Assembly: GCA_021432655.1 (NCBI GenBank)
Contig: MU271202.1
Span: forward strand, 44,602 to 108,601
DNA length: 64,000 nucleotides
Origin: Atractiella rhizophila
Taxonomy: Eukaryota
Direction: 5' to 3'
A program made the position numbers and the translations under genes. The notes beneath the pieces were generated by a model. That model had not been told where the DNA came from and searched no databases. It saw nothing but the letters and a program-made list of their open reading frames with translations. Positions 1-13,100 of the stretch are shown here, one piece after another (the stretch's first letter is position 1; each line of letters starts with the position of its first letter).

Positions 1-168
1 CCCCCTTCAAGCTCATTGATATAGATAACGAAATGATGGTGATACAATACTTTTAGAGTACACAATACAACCTCTTCATTCTCACCGTTATAATGAGTGG
101 TGACCGATACAAACCCTTTGCTCCATTCCCTTGACACGACAACAAACAACAAATCAAAGAAAGAACGA

Positions 169-686
169 TTAAGCCCTCCTCCACTCTGGTCTCTCCCTTT
201 CGCTCGCATCCGAGCCTCTACTTTCCCTCTCCCTCTCCCTCAACAAATCATGATCAAGCGCCCCCATGCCCGCCATTCCCTCCCCTCCACCACCCGCTCC
301 TCCAGACGCAGGGTCGGGTCCGAAGCCCCATGCCTCCCTCATCCTCTCCCTCAACTCTTCAGGGCTGCGCGTTCTCCTCAGGGCCAAGTCGGTCGGGTCT
401 GATTTCTGCGTGGGAGGTGTTAGAAACTCGCGGTGCATTTCTTAGAGGAATAAGGGTGGGAGGGAGGACTTGCCGATGGGGTGATTGGGGTCGGGGTGGA
501 GAATGATTTCGGGGAGAAGTTGGACATCATTCCTTTCGCGGAGGAGACGAATCCATCCCAGAACCTGCTCATCAACATCAATCAACTGTCTTTCCAAATG
601 AATAAAAAAGGCAGGAATGAAAGAGCTCACTTTGGCTTCTGACCTCCCTTCGAAGCGTCCACATTCGGAGTTTCTTGTCTCGACAT
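169..686 (-). CDS. Small hypothetical protein, 3 exons (MSRQETPNVDASKGGQKPK/FWDGFVSSAKG...TPS/KSDPTDLALRR...WRRA)
   Basis: A GT-AG intron starting at 630 and a GC-AG intron at 473-406 (CTAAC branch) join three segments in frame. An upstream exon is possible. Confidence 0.55.
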
Positions 687-1315
687 TCTTTCGCCTCCTG
701 TCAATTATTTATTTACCGTTTGTGTCCTTATTTGTTCGGTTTTGAAGGAAAGAAGAGAGAATGAGCCTTTTTCTTTTTATATTGCTATCTGGTGCTTGGT
801 GGCGAAGGAGCAGGTGACGAGGCCGCTCGCCCCGCATCCTCCCTGCCGACACTAACATTGTTCACCTTCAACAAGGTAAATAGCAGCGCCGGGCTCCTCC
901 GGTTCCTGGGGGTGCCGTTGTGATTGCTCACGGTGTCGTGGCATGATTGAGGGATGTTGTGAAGGATGCTGGAAGTGGCAAGCAAAGCAGAAGCAGGTGT
1001 CCCATGAGGTGCCAGATGTTGTTCCTGATGGTCCTGCTGCTTCTCGAGCTCGAACTTAGAAATCGCGATGGTGAGGATGGAATGGATCGAAAGAAGGAAG
1101 TTAAAAGAGTGTCTTACAGAATATATTCCATTCGCTCCCCAGAACTACAGAGGAAGTGAAGGATGACATACTCAATACCATAGCCCGAAACCGTCAACTC
1201 ACACATCAATCGACTCAGAAAAATGACCGGAACAACTCCATCCCACTCCTCACTCCCTGCTCTCGCCTCGTATTTCACGATCCAAACGGAACGAAATAAA
1301 GTAAAGAGCGGAAGA

Positions 1316-3162
1316 CTATGATCCTGGATTGCCTCCCTGAATCTCCGGGAACCGACTTGGGTATGGGCTTCCACCGAACCCTTCGTGCGGGTACTGTCCT
1401 CCAAGATGACCATGGGTGCCATACATGGACCCTCGTCCATATGCTCCATCCGTACTCGGGGTATCAACCGGTGGCGGTGGTTGAATTGGAGGCATGGAAC
1501 CAGGATATGGAAGGGAAGAGGCCTGCAACTGATGAGCGTTCCTTATCTCGTTCATCTCTTCCCTCCCATGTCCGTATCCTATAGAATGTAACGAATGAGT
1601 CGCTCCGTTGTCCAGGAGTAGAACCTGGTGGGGGAGGGGTGAAGGGAGAGGGAGAGAAGGGTTGGGTGGGCGGCATCGGTATGGAGCTGTTGACGAAGGA
1701 GGAATCGGTAGATCTCGCGGGCGAGTATTGTCGTCGTCGTCGGTAGAGGAAAATGGCAAGAGCGATGATCGCCAATCCGCCAACCACGCCTCCAACGGCT
1801 GCTCCAACGATGGCGCCAGTGTTAGAACCTCCACCTGAGCTGTTTGACTTGTTATCCTGCAGGACAGCGGAGGGAGGATAGTAGTCGATCGTGAGACTTC
1901 ATCCATCATCCATCCATCATCAGCAACTGTGATACGGGAGCGGACGGAGGACGCACAGGAATTCATCCACGTCTAGAAACTTTCCATCCGCCAGATTCTC
2001 GACTGTCATCGACATCTGAGCCTTGGGATCGATGGCTTGGAATCCGCAATACGTCTGCGACCTGATCAAGGTCGGATTGCTAGAGTTGAAGCCTTGTGTT
2101 CGACCGTCAGAGAGGTTGCAGGAGCCTAAGCCATGGTCGGCGTTCCCTGTTCCCACGTAGTAGACCGCTAGACGATCGTAGATAAACGACGGTGATAAAG
2201 TCAGTCATGATGGATATGAAGATGGAATGTTGGGAAGGACGAACCGGAGGCTCCGCTGAATGTGATCTTCGCCCCCGCGTTAGCGGATGAAGTGGTGTGG
2301 GACGTGGAGTTGTAAAAGTCGTTGTTGGCTGCATTGAAGGACCAGCTCTGACAAACGCCATTCCTCATCAGTTATTGATATGTCAGAAGAGCATAGAAAG
2401 TGACCTACTCCGCTATATTCGATGTTAGAAAGCAACGAGTCGTCCACACTGACGTTTCGTCGCACCACCTGCGACTCATCGAACGCGGTTGTGTTCGTGA
2501 AGGTATCAGAACGATCGTCGAAGGTGACGAGGAAGTAATCGATGTCTATAGCCTTGTTGCTGCCCGCGTTGGTGACGGTCAAGGTGTGTTGTGTGTTGTT
2601 GGATAGGGATGTGAAGGAGCAGAGGACGACTTGGGATAAGAAAGAGGAGCTGAAGGAGTTTGTTCTGATGGATTGGCCATCCACTGCACACAGTATATCG
2701 CCGTGGTCCTATCCCATCCCATTTCTATCAGTGATATTACCTTTGAGGAAGTAGGATTGAAGGATACGAACGGCGTTCTGTGTTCCTACGTAGTAGATGG
2801 CCTGTTAAAATCTTTCAACATCCAAATTCGGGGCGGAATAAGATGTGACTTACAGTCCCATTAAAGTCCACGGTGAGAGAGAGGCCTTCGGTGTATGTGT
2901 AATGATTGGTGTTATTGAAGTATGGGTCTCCCCTCGCCGGCTCTGCGTTCCAAGCCTACGATGCATTCATCCAGCCAACCAGCAACGTTCAAGAAAGGAT
3001 TTGATGAGAAGAGCATATGACAGCAAGGGAGAGGCTCACCCCAACATATCGAATGCTTGGATCAAAGTCGTCCACGGTGGCATTCCACAGGATGGCGGCT
3101 GTTGGGCTGAGGTGAGAGAGAAGGAGGAGGAGGGACGGGACGAGAAGGTGGATGGGTATCAT
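1316..3162 (-). CDS. Type I membrane protein: signal peptide, repeated 'VDD...IxY' beta-sandwich ectodomains, one TM helix, Pro-rich tail
   Basis: ATG at 3162 gives MIPIHLLVPSLLLLSHLSPTAA then ILWNATVDDFDPSIRY. A second unit reads NVSVDDSLLSNIEYSG; HTLTVTN...IDIDYFLV is also present. TM is VVGGLAIIALAIFLYRRRR. Multiple GT-AG introns; stop at 1316. Confidence 0.8.
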
Positions 3163-4224
3163 GGTGGATGGTCGTTTTGTGAGTGCAAATGCGAAAATGC
3201 TGACATGGAAGCCATCCTTTCGTCCGCACAGCTTTCAGGTGTATCTCTAGGCTTGTCAAGGCATTCATCAGGATATAACGTTCGAAAAGTCATCCCCGTA
3301 CAATCCCCGTACATCAAACAAAGTACGAACCTGTATCTTTAGCCAGGTGCAATACTACAACACTACATACCACCAGGGATTACTAGACTATAGTTACCTT
3401 AGATTGCCTTTAGTTAGAGTTTTGGCCGGCCTTCCATCCTTCTTCCTGATCCCTCCTTTCTGTTGGTCTTCTGTCTTCTGTCTCAGTTGAACAACCACCT
3501 TCTGTCCCTCTGCAGGCAATTCAGTTTCAAACGCATTAATAGACGATCGATTGGAGTCGACACCTGTAGCGATATCAAGCTGAGGAGTTGGAAATCAGGC
3601 ACACAACATTCGGTGGCAACTATGAAGGTTGTAAGCAGAGGAGGTAAGGTTTTAGCCGTGGTGTCGTTTTCGCACTGCAAAGCTCTAACTGAAGTGGAGC
3701 TAGAAACTAATAAGCACTGAGATGTCGATTAATTTAACATAACTCCATTGGAAGAAACTCATGAACAGGAATCAGCCTTCCGCAGCAAGCCCTACCCCAA
3801 ACATTTGAAACATGTTGAAACACAAACAACTTTTTTCGTCGTCCAAATCAGCTTGTTGGCTTCACCACATTCCAGCTTGACTGAGTTGTGCTGATTGCAC
3901 AACGCGTCTCAAAACCCCTATTACGTGCATTTCAGGGGAGCAGCCAGGGGCAGAGGCTCTAGGCTCAATTCATCGATTCTATTCCTTGTTAGTACCTAAC
4001 CTTCTCCCTTTCTGCTCTTGTAGCCTTATTCTCACCTTGCCTTTTACCTATTCCCAGGGACCGCCAGATCCCTTTCTTCTTCCAGCTATAAAGTCTTCTT
4101 CGTTTCTCACGGTAACTGTTTTGAATAGGATTTCTTCTCTGGGTTTTGTCTTTTGCAATATCTTCTGTTCTAAGCACAGATCAGTTCAGTATTTTCATTT
4201 TTCGGATAATCAGATCATAACAGC

Positions 4225-4618
4225 ATGTCTGAGTTCGACTCCTCCTTCGACCCTTTCAAAATCCTCGGAATCCCATCCAACGCAAGCGGGAAGGATATCA
4301 AATCCGCATACAACAAACGCGTCCGTCCATCTTCTTCTCTTCCCGTTGCATCTCGTTGAATATTCCTGGCTTCTTGTCGCGTCCGGAACGACAGGCGAGA
4401 GAGACACACCCAGATAAAAATCCCGAGAGGACAGAATGGGCGAACGAGGAGTTCAAGAAGGTGGCGCAGGCTTACACCGTCCTCACGGATCGTAAGCTTC
4501 TTGCCCTATCTCTTTATCTGTTTGGCTGAGAATGATTTGGCGTGTAGCGGAGAAGAAAAAGGAGTGGGAGCGAGCAGCAGCGGAAAGGTGTGTTGTGTGT
4601 TGTTGGATAGGGATGTGA
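4225..4618 (+). pseudogene. Truncated duplicate of the J-domain gene (complete J-domain plus a novel tail, 87 aa if expressed)
   Basis: Same exons 1-2 and start of exon 3 as the gene at 6243. Reads across the junction into ...ERAAAERCVVCCWIGM* (TGA 4616-4618). Confidence 0.7.
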
Positions 4619-5166
4619 AGGAGCAGAGGACGACTTGGGATAAGAAAGAGGAGCTGAAGGAGTTTGTTCTGATGGATTGGCCATCCACTGCACACAGTAT
4701 ATCGCCGTGGTCCTATACCATCCCATTTCTATCAGTGATATTACCTTTGAGGAAGTAGGATTGAAGGATACGAACGGCGTTCTGTGTTCCTACGTAGTAG
4801 ATGGCCTGTTAAAATCTTTCAACATCCAAATTCGGGGCGGAATAAGATGTGACTTACAGTCCCATTAAAGTCCACGGTGAGAGAGAGGCCTTCGGTGTAT
4901 GTGTAATGATTGGTGTTATTGAAGTATGGGTCTCCCCTCGCCGGCTCTGCGTTCCAAGCCTACGATGCATTCATCCAGCCAACCAGCAACGTTCAAGAAA
5001 GGATTTGATGAGAAGAGCATATGACAGCAAGGGAGAGGCTCACCCCAACATATCGAATGCTCGGATCAAAGTCGTCCACGGTGGCATTCCACAGGATGGC
5101 GGCTGTTGGGCTGAGGTGAGAGAGAAGGAGGAGGACGGACGGGACGAGAAGGTGGATGGGTATCAT
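4506..5166 (-). pseudogene. Truncated duplicate of the membrane-protein gene (signal peptide plus most of the first ectodomain, no TM)
   Basis: Copy of 2581-3162. The frame stays open across the junction to ...NNTQHTFPLLLAPT...KQIKR*. Confidence 0.65.
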
Positions 5167-6242
5167 GGTGGATGGTCGTTTTGTGAGTGCAAATGCGAAA
5201 ATGCTGACATGGAAGCCATCCTTTCGTCCGCACAGCTTTCAGGTGTATCTCTAGGCTTGTCAAGGCATTCATCAGGATATAACGTTCGAAAAGTCATCCC
5301 CGTACAATCCCCGTACATCAAACAAAGTACGAACCTGTATCTTTAGCCAGGTGCAATACTACAACACTACATACCACCAGGGATTACTAGACTATAGTTA
5401 CCTTAGATTGCCTTTAGTTAGAGTTTTGGCCGGCCTTCCATCCTTCTTCCTGATCCCTCCTTTCTGTTGGTCTTCTGTCTTCTGCCTCAGTTGAACAACC
5501 ACCCTCTGTCCCCTATATTCTAGCATACCCTCTGCAGGCAATTCAGTTTCAAACGCATTAATAGACGATCGATTGGAGTCGACACCTGTAGCGATATCAA
5601 GCTGAGGGGTTGGAAATCAGGCACACAACATTCGGTGGCAACTATGAAGGTTGTAAGCAGAGGAGGTAAGGTTTTCGCACTGCAAAGCTCTAACTGAAGT
5701 GGAGCTAGAAACTAATAAGCACTGAGATGTCGATTAATTTAACATAACTCCATTGGAAACCCAACATCACGAAACTCATGAACAGGAATCAGCCTTCCGC
5801 AGCAAGCCCTACCCCAAACATTTGAAACATGTTGAAACACAAACAACTTTTTTCGTCGTCCAAATCAGCTTGTTGGCTTCACCACATTCCAGCTTGACTG
5901 AGTTGTGCTGATTGCACAACGCGTCTCAAAACCCCTATTACGTGCATTTCAGGGGAGCAGCCAGGGGCAGAGGGCTCTAGGCTCAATTCATCGATTCTAT
6001 TCCTTGTTAGTACCTAACCTTCTCCCTTTCTGCTCTTGTAGCCTTATTCTCACCTTGCCTTTTACCTATTCCCAGGGACCGCCAGATCCCTTTCTTCTTC
6101 CAGCTATAAAGTCTTCTTCGTTTCTCACGGTAACTGTTTGGAATAGGATTTCTTCTCTGGGTTTTGTCTTTTGCAATATCTTCTGTTCTAAGCACAGATC
6201 AGTTCAGTATTTTCATTTTTCGGATAATCAGATCATAACAGC

Positions 6243-8059
6243 ATGTCTGAGTTCGACTCCTCCTTCGACCCTTTCAAAATCCTCGGAATCCCATCCAACG
6301 CAAGCGGGAAGGATATCAAATCCGCATACAACAAACGCGTCCGTCCATCTTCTTCTCTTCCCGTTGCATCTCGTTGAATATTCCTGGCTTCTTGTCGCGT
6401 CCGGAAACGACAGGCGAGAGAGACACACCCAGATAAAAATCCCGAGAGGACAGAATGGGCGAACGAGGAGTTCAAGAAGGTGGCGCAGGCTTACACCGTC
6501 CTCACGGATCGTAAGCTTCTTGCCCTATCTCTTTATCTGTTTGACTGAGAATGATTTGGCGTGTAGCGGAGAAGAAAAAGGAGTGGGAGCGAGCAGCAGC
6601 GGCGCGAAAGGCGTCTGAAGAACATCGATATACGTCATCAACAAATGGAGCTGGCTCATCAGCATCATCCAGAGAGAAATCATATCCTGGCTACACCTAC
6701 AATCCGCAGGCACCTCCACCGCGCCCTGCAACATCGGCCTCCTTCCGTTCCACTCCTCCCCAATCCTCTGCCTCCTACCGCTCTGCCTACAACCAAACTC
6801 CGAACCCGACCGCCAGTCGCCGTTCTCCGTCCCCCACTCCCCAAGCCTCCTTCGCTCGTACCAGGCGGACGTCACAATCGCATGGTGGATACGAAGACCT
6901 AACACATCTTGGAGGACCAACTCACGATCCCACTCGGATGGGACCCTCCCGCACACATTCGAGTACCTACTACAGCAGCTATGTGCCTCCATCAGTAGAC
7001 CCATACGAGATGTACATGAGGATCGTGATGGAGGGGATTGACCGGTGGGAAGAGCGAGTGAACCAGTTGAATCCGATGATGATCGATGCGTCAGATCAGA
7101 GGCTCTTGAACCATTTGAGCAAGTTCGGATTCGAGATGGATCGCGATCAATATGGCAGACAAAAAATGGCTGGTTCAGGTACTTTCGCATTCATGGACGC
7201 TGGAACTACCATCTCCGATCCTATTTCCGGAAGGAAGATCAGGGCGGGCAAACAGTACGGTGTATGTGTCCAACGTCTGCCCAATGGGAGGGTGCTGCAG
7301 AAGAAGATCGACCTGGAAGAAATCGAACTCGACCCTGGCAGGTTTGGGGGCGGTGCTCGCAGGCCGAATGGATGGGGATCTGGAAGTGGAGGGAGCCGGT
7401 TGGAAGATGACGAGTGGAGGGAGCAGGTGAATAAAGGGAGGGAGGGAATGAGGATCGCGGAGGAAGAGATGGGCAACCTCTTCCCTAATCCTCTTCCCTC
7501 CTCCACGTCAACTCGTCAATCCCCAATGAGGAGACCGGGAAATGGAGGTGGATGGGGGGTTGGGAACGCGAGTAGGAGTGGGATGGGGGGATATCAATTT
7601 GACGAATCAGACGATGAGCCCATCCTTCGTCCCCAAACTCAGGCGCCGGGTCAACAGCGACTGCGCACAAGCTCCTACTCTGCTCAGCCCTCGCCAGCAC
7701 TGCGGAGGTCAGCCACTCCGCCTCCCTCATCCTCAGCAGCACCCCAGCGGTTGCCCTCCGTTCGCTCACCTCCTCCCCCTTCCACCCGTTCCCCCTCTCC
7801 CTCGTCCCAAAACACGAAACAAATGAGCTCGATCGATCTACTTAAGAGTAGGAATACAACACCTAGCAAGTCCTTCACCTCTCCTCCTCCTACCTCAACG
7901 AGGGCTCCCTCTCCGTCCCCAATGGTGCAGATGCAAAGGCAACGAGCGATGTCTACCACTGTCGCTGGTCCTCTGAGCCCTACACAGAAGAAGGAGAAGG
8001 GATCGTTTTGGAGTGTGGGTGCGAAGAAGTATGAGGCTAAACCCCCGGCGTACGGATAG
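6243..8059 (+). CDS. DnaJ/Hsp40 J-domain protein with a long Ser/Pro/Gly-rich C-terminus
   Basis: MSEFDSSFDPFKILGIPSNASGKDIKSAYNKR/ARETHPDKNPERTEWANEEFKKVAQAYTVLTDP/EKKKEW. HPD motif and two GT-AG introns, then the long ORF ending at 8059. Confidence 0.92.
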
Positions 8060-8080
8060 CAATGATGGAAACGAAAATAG

Positions 8081-8111
8081 GATGACATGGATGACATGGA
8101 TGACATGGATG
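8081..8111 (+). repeat. Short tandem repeat (GATGACATG)x3
   Basis: Read directly, just downstream of the DnaJ stop codon. Confidence 0.85.
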
Positions 8112-8395
8112 GGGATAATAAGGACGAGGGTGGTGTGGATCAGGATGAAGAAGGTGAAATTTGCATTTTGTTCGTTTTGTTTGTTTCAACCTCGAACCGC
8201 ATCGCAATCAGCCAACCGATTACCAAAAGCAACCTCAAATCCTCCTTTTGTGGACGTATCTGTGTTCATTTTTTCCGTTTTATGTTCTTTCTTAATGCTG
8301 CGATTGTGCATAGACTTCTCAATGCTTACGAATGCTTTCATCTTCAATCTAATGAGTATTTTTCGCCATCTAGATTCATCCTTCCTTGCCATCAT

Positions 8396-9574
8396 CTAAA
8401 GCAGGCGCATCCTCGTCCTCCCATCCGCAACTTCAAATTTCACCCTATGTCACAAATCAGCTGGACCAGCCAGAATGAGCAGGGCAATCGCGTGCAACGC
8501 ACTTTGACAAATCGTCAACGACCCAATCAGCGCCAGCCCCCTTCACCTGTTCCCTCGTATGACTGGTCACCAGTGCCAGGACCTTTGCGCCAGCCGCCTT
8601 TCCGCTCCGAACGCCGTTTGGAGCATCTTCCACAACCAGGCCTGCTCCGCTCTCAATGAACACATCGGCAGAGAAAGGACGACCCACAGGATGAAGCTAA
8701 AAGGGAGAGAGATGAGGCTCCTTGTAGGTACGGATCTGGGCTGTCGTTTACGTTGAGTGAGCCCAGAGAATCAGAGAGAAGGAGTGGAAGAGGGGGACCA
8801 ACTTTGGTTTACCCCGTGCAACCGTGTCTGCTGTGACGAAGGCATCAGGTTTAGGTAACCCGACGGTCTGGAGGGCGGCAGTGGCGTACTTCGTCGTGCC
8901 TTCAAGCAACGAACAATTTCGACGATTCCAAATCTTGGTTAATGAACCGAAGATAGATGGGAGAGGGAGAGGGACATGCCTGAGGTACAAACCGCCCATT
9001 TCCCAGCAGAGCAAGCCTTGACGGCTTCTGCTGCTCCTGGTATCACGACCAGTCCAGGACCATGAGGAGGGGAGGCGAAGCGTATGATGTCGAGTTCGAA
9101 GCGTTCGACTTCTGCCTTACCGTCCGAATAGGCGACAAAGTCAGCATTTCGATGAAACACTAGGAAAAAGCATGGATAAAGGACATACTTGTAGCTGTTC
9201 AGGGTCGGCGAATCCAAAGTATTTCTAAAGGTCATTTGAACTCTTGAATGGCAAGAAAGCGATGAAAGATGACGCACAATAAAATTATCCTTCGTGCGCA
9301 CGCCCTGACTTTCTGCCATCCCCCTTCAGCGTGGTGACCTCAATGGATCAAAAGGCACACCAGACATCACTTTCTCAACGTCCAATCCTGCTGCCGGGAA
9401 GCGGGAGATAACTTCCTCCCACGCTCCTTTTAGTCCAGGATGGGAGTCTAGTAGAGTAGAGTCCATATCGAACAACCTATGAAATACAGCGATTACCATT
9501 CATCTCGCAAGACAGGCAAGAACCAACACGCCAGAAAAGTCGTATTCTAGACTAGGACCTTCGACGCCTGGCAT
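8396..9574 (-). CDS. HAD-superfamily phosphatase, glycerol-3-phosphatase / 2-deoxyglucose-6-phosphatase (GPP1/DOG1-like)
   Basis: Motif I LFDMDSTLLDSH; WAVCTSG; FVTADTVARGKP; VVEDAPNGVRSGKAAGAKVLAL. Multi-exon. Confidence 0.9.
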
Positions 9575-10154
9575 TTTGATGGACAAATCGGGGAGTTACT
9601 GCGAAGGAGAGCGGTGATACGACCTATGGGGTGACCAAGTAGCTTCCCCAAGTTCAAGGACGCTTTTTGTGTTCTGAGTCCACTTCCCCGATTTCGGAGC
9701 AACACACATATACATTATTTAGCCAAACTGGAGCCTCTGATAAGCGAGCAGATGTGAGAGGCGTGTATCTCGGGGACGGGACTCAGGAAGGGACACGGAC
9801 ATATGTCTGTTTGCTGGGCTTAAGCCACTTGACCAATATTGGGAGCAACATTACTCGCTGCATTTCAAGCTATTTATTTGACACTTAGATGAACTTCCTT
9901 TGAAGTGCTTCACAAAATGATATGTCTGTAGATTCGCGGAAAGAGAAGAACTCAACTGAGGAAAAGATGAAAACGGTGAAATAATTCCTAGGTACCTAGA
10001 TCCAGCGAGGAGGCGAACACATGCGGGAGTTTGCTGCTGAGAGACATGAATGAACGATTGATGAATCGGGGATGAACGAAGAGCTAGAAATTGGATCGGT
10101 GTGTCTATCCCATAATCGGAGCAAGTTGTTGGGCGCAGGTTGCGACAGGACATT

Positions 10155-13100
10155 CTATGAGAGGTGGAAGCTGTTCTGTCCTTCGAACATCGCGGTGAAT
10201 AACCGCTTTTTGAGAACCTCTTTCGCTATTGGAGGCATTAACCATGAGTGTCGCAGCTACCAGGGTAGGAAAGACTTACATGAATACTCGGGAAGCTTCA
10301 CGTATTGGACACAAGTCATCACCGAAATTAGATAATCGTCAGGAGCTATTCAAACGATGACATCAGCTCCATTCTTCTACTGTGGCAGGGAGATACTGAC
10401 TTTTCCCATCTTCGGGAGGCTTTCTCACAATGGTCAGTCTCGGATTCAGTGCAGCGAAGCCACCAATTGGGAGCCTTGGAGAGCCAGTGACAAAGGAGAG
10501 GAAGATGCGCCTTTGTTGCATATCGAAGTCTGACATAATCGTCAGCAGATCGTTCACGACGCGACTGTCAATTGTGTAGCCATGATCTGCGACTAAATTG
10601 TCATGTAGAGCTGTTGCATTCTCTTTAGCACTGTTCCATGGCTGAAGACAAAACAGAACGCCTCACTCTGCACGGTCCAGTCTTCGTCCGCATTGCCGAA
10701 TAGCATCACCAGCTCTTCAGCTGAGAAAGTCTGCAAATCTCTAACGGGAAAACAGTAGGAAAATCCACCACGGAAAGCTTGGACCTGACTCGAAACCCCC
10801 TAAAAGAGCGTATCAACATTGTGTCATTTAAATAGCAGGATAAAGGACTCACCCGTCCGACTGTCCAGTCAACGCAAAGGTCGATATATTCCTGCAGGTT
10901 CTCCATCGTCACATCGATGTTTTCTCCTCCTTCCTTTAATGGGAAGCCGTATCGTGGCATTGTGAAATCGAGCGCAAGGTCCTTCACATCTCTGTCTATC
11001 TCCTCCTTACTCTTCTCACTCTTCAGGTAACTAGCAAGGTGCTGTAAGCTGGACCCGAAAGCCGGATCCACTGCCTTTACGCTTGCGATAGTTGGAGGAA
11101 GCTCTTTATCGAGTACCAACTTCATGAAAGGAATGGAGAAGGCAAGGTCAATTGTCCTGGAGTCCACAGTGGCTTTGGCGACGAACTGTCCTAGTGTTCG
11201 GAAGAGTTGGAGACGTTTGCGGCCAGTCTCAGTATCGAGTTCGGACATGTGTAAAGGTGAGGGGAAGAGACCAGTTTCGGAATGAATGAAGGCGGAAGGG
11301 TTGTCAACCCCAACGTTACCTTCCCGCCAAGCAAGAAGATCTTTTCGACAAAACTCCTTGCAAACCAACGCGTAGAACTCGAGAGTGGGACCAAGGCCTG
11401 TTCCAACTTCATCGAAAAATTCAACCTACACAAAATTGTGAGCCCGAAGCAAGATAAGACATGAAGCAACAAACCTCGAGGAGCGTCCTTGAACTGCCGT
11501 ACATCTCCAGGACCTTAAAGGATGATTCGAAAAGTCGGTTTCGAGAGATCCGGACCTTTGACCGTTGTATCCTTCCCAACCCCCCAAACTCCTCTCGGCG
11601 AGCATGCTGAGCAACCAACCGTTGCATGACACGAGCGTATCCAAAGGAGGTGGACTGTAGAAATTGATATCTTGATTCAAATGGGAATAAGAATGGAAAG
11701 AAGTGAGGGAGATCCAGAACCCAATCTGGTAAACAAGAGCTCGCAACAATCATAGCCTCCTCTAGTTGGCGGTTCAACTTCGCAGTAAGCTTATTGTTCA
11801 CAAAGGCGGCTTCAGGGAGAACTGTAGCGCTATCGTGGCCTTCTGCCTTCCAATCGTGATTGATGCCATGAAGCACTCGCATGAGCTGGAGAACAGTGCC
11901 CTGCTTGCTGCCTTCAGCGATAGAATCGGGAAGATTAGTTGCTAATGCTTGGCGTAATGGTGGTTCGGGGGAGCCAACATCAGCCGGAGGAGCAGGACCA
12001 GGAACCTGTCTGAATTTGATCTGGTAAATTTGCGACCAAACGTCTCGGTGAGCAGCAGATCCAAGTCTACCCTCATGTTTGTGAATTGCTCCATAAATTG
12101 TCGTACCAAGAGGTATAACTTCTCCATCCATGATGAATTCGAAATGAAAATCGGTTGGCTCGGATTTCAGGGCAGCGGCATAGGATGTGCGCGGTCTCAA
12201 AGCTTCAGACGAAGTGGACGTTGTCGGTTTTATTGTTGGAGTAGCGACCCGAGTGCCATCAGGTGTATGCGCCTCAATCTTCGACCCATCTGCACCAACC
12301 TGGAGTGTGACAGGGCGGTCTTCTGCTGGGGTAGACGGATCTAGCTCATCCTCAACAATCTCTTCCTCCCCCTCACCAGCAAGATCCATCAATCTCTCCA
12401 GCTCCGCAGCAGTCGGAAGTTTTGCGGCCATCCTGGCGTCGTTCAACAAGTCTCCAGAGCTCTTGGATTTGGTCGTTTTGTCTCGAAATTCATCACCTGA
12501 TGCCATCGGTGCAGATGTGGAGGGCAGCATAGACGTTGAAGGAGCAGAGGTTGAGGGAGACGGGGCTTCAGAATCCTTTGTACCCAGGCGATTGCTCCGG
12601 CGGCGAGAGGGGTCATCTCTCCCAGGCGAAGTGGACAGATTGGGAATTGACGGTAAAATGCTACCTTCACCCAACTGTGACAAGGCCGAGGTCCCAGATG
12701 GGAGTGGTGGTGGGTAACCTGCGGCCGCGGCAAAAGCTGCGAGCATGCCTGAGAGACCGCTTCTACCTCCTAACCCAAGGTGCATTTTTGGACGGAGATA
12801 GGTGGTGAAGGCTTCGAATGTAGCTACCCCTTGGATGGAATAGACGCAGTTCTGAGATAAACGTGGGATGACAGTGCCTTCTTCTGGAATCAGTCTAATC
12901 TTCAGCGGCCTGGCGATCATTGAGATGGTCGAGCGAGCTATAGTAGCTGGTCAAACACGGTGTTTTAAAGATGTATAAACTTACAATCATTCGGTGAGTT
13001 GACGCTGATAACCTCGAATTCCTCCAACCTGCTCAGTGCCTCTTGCAGTCGCTTGACTAATATTGAAAACGCTTGTCGGTTTGACGCATCCTTCGAGTTC

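Larger units (their letters stand above)
2581..6602. repeat. Tandem duplication of about 2.0 kb (copy A 2581-4583, copy B 4585-6602)
   Basis: Near-identical sequence and duplicated ORFs (2845/4849, 3062/5066, 3989/6007). A few SNPs and small indels, mostly non-coding. One extra A at 4584. Confidence 0.97.

Noticed and set aside
785..1159. Short ORFs between the first two genes
   Set aside because: No homology cues; probably UTR or an unresolved upstream exon.
4586..4618. Cys-rich tail of the truncated J-protein as a CaaX prenylation signal
   Set aside because: The last four residues are WIGM, so Cys is not at position -4.
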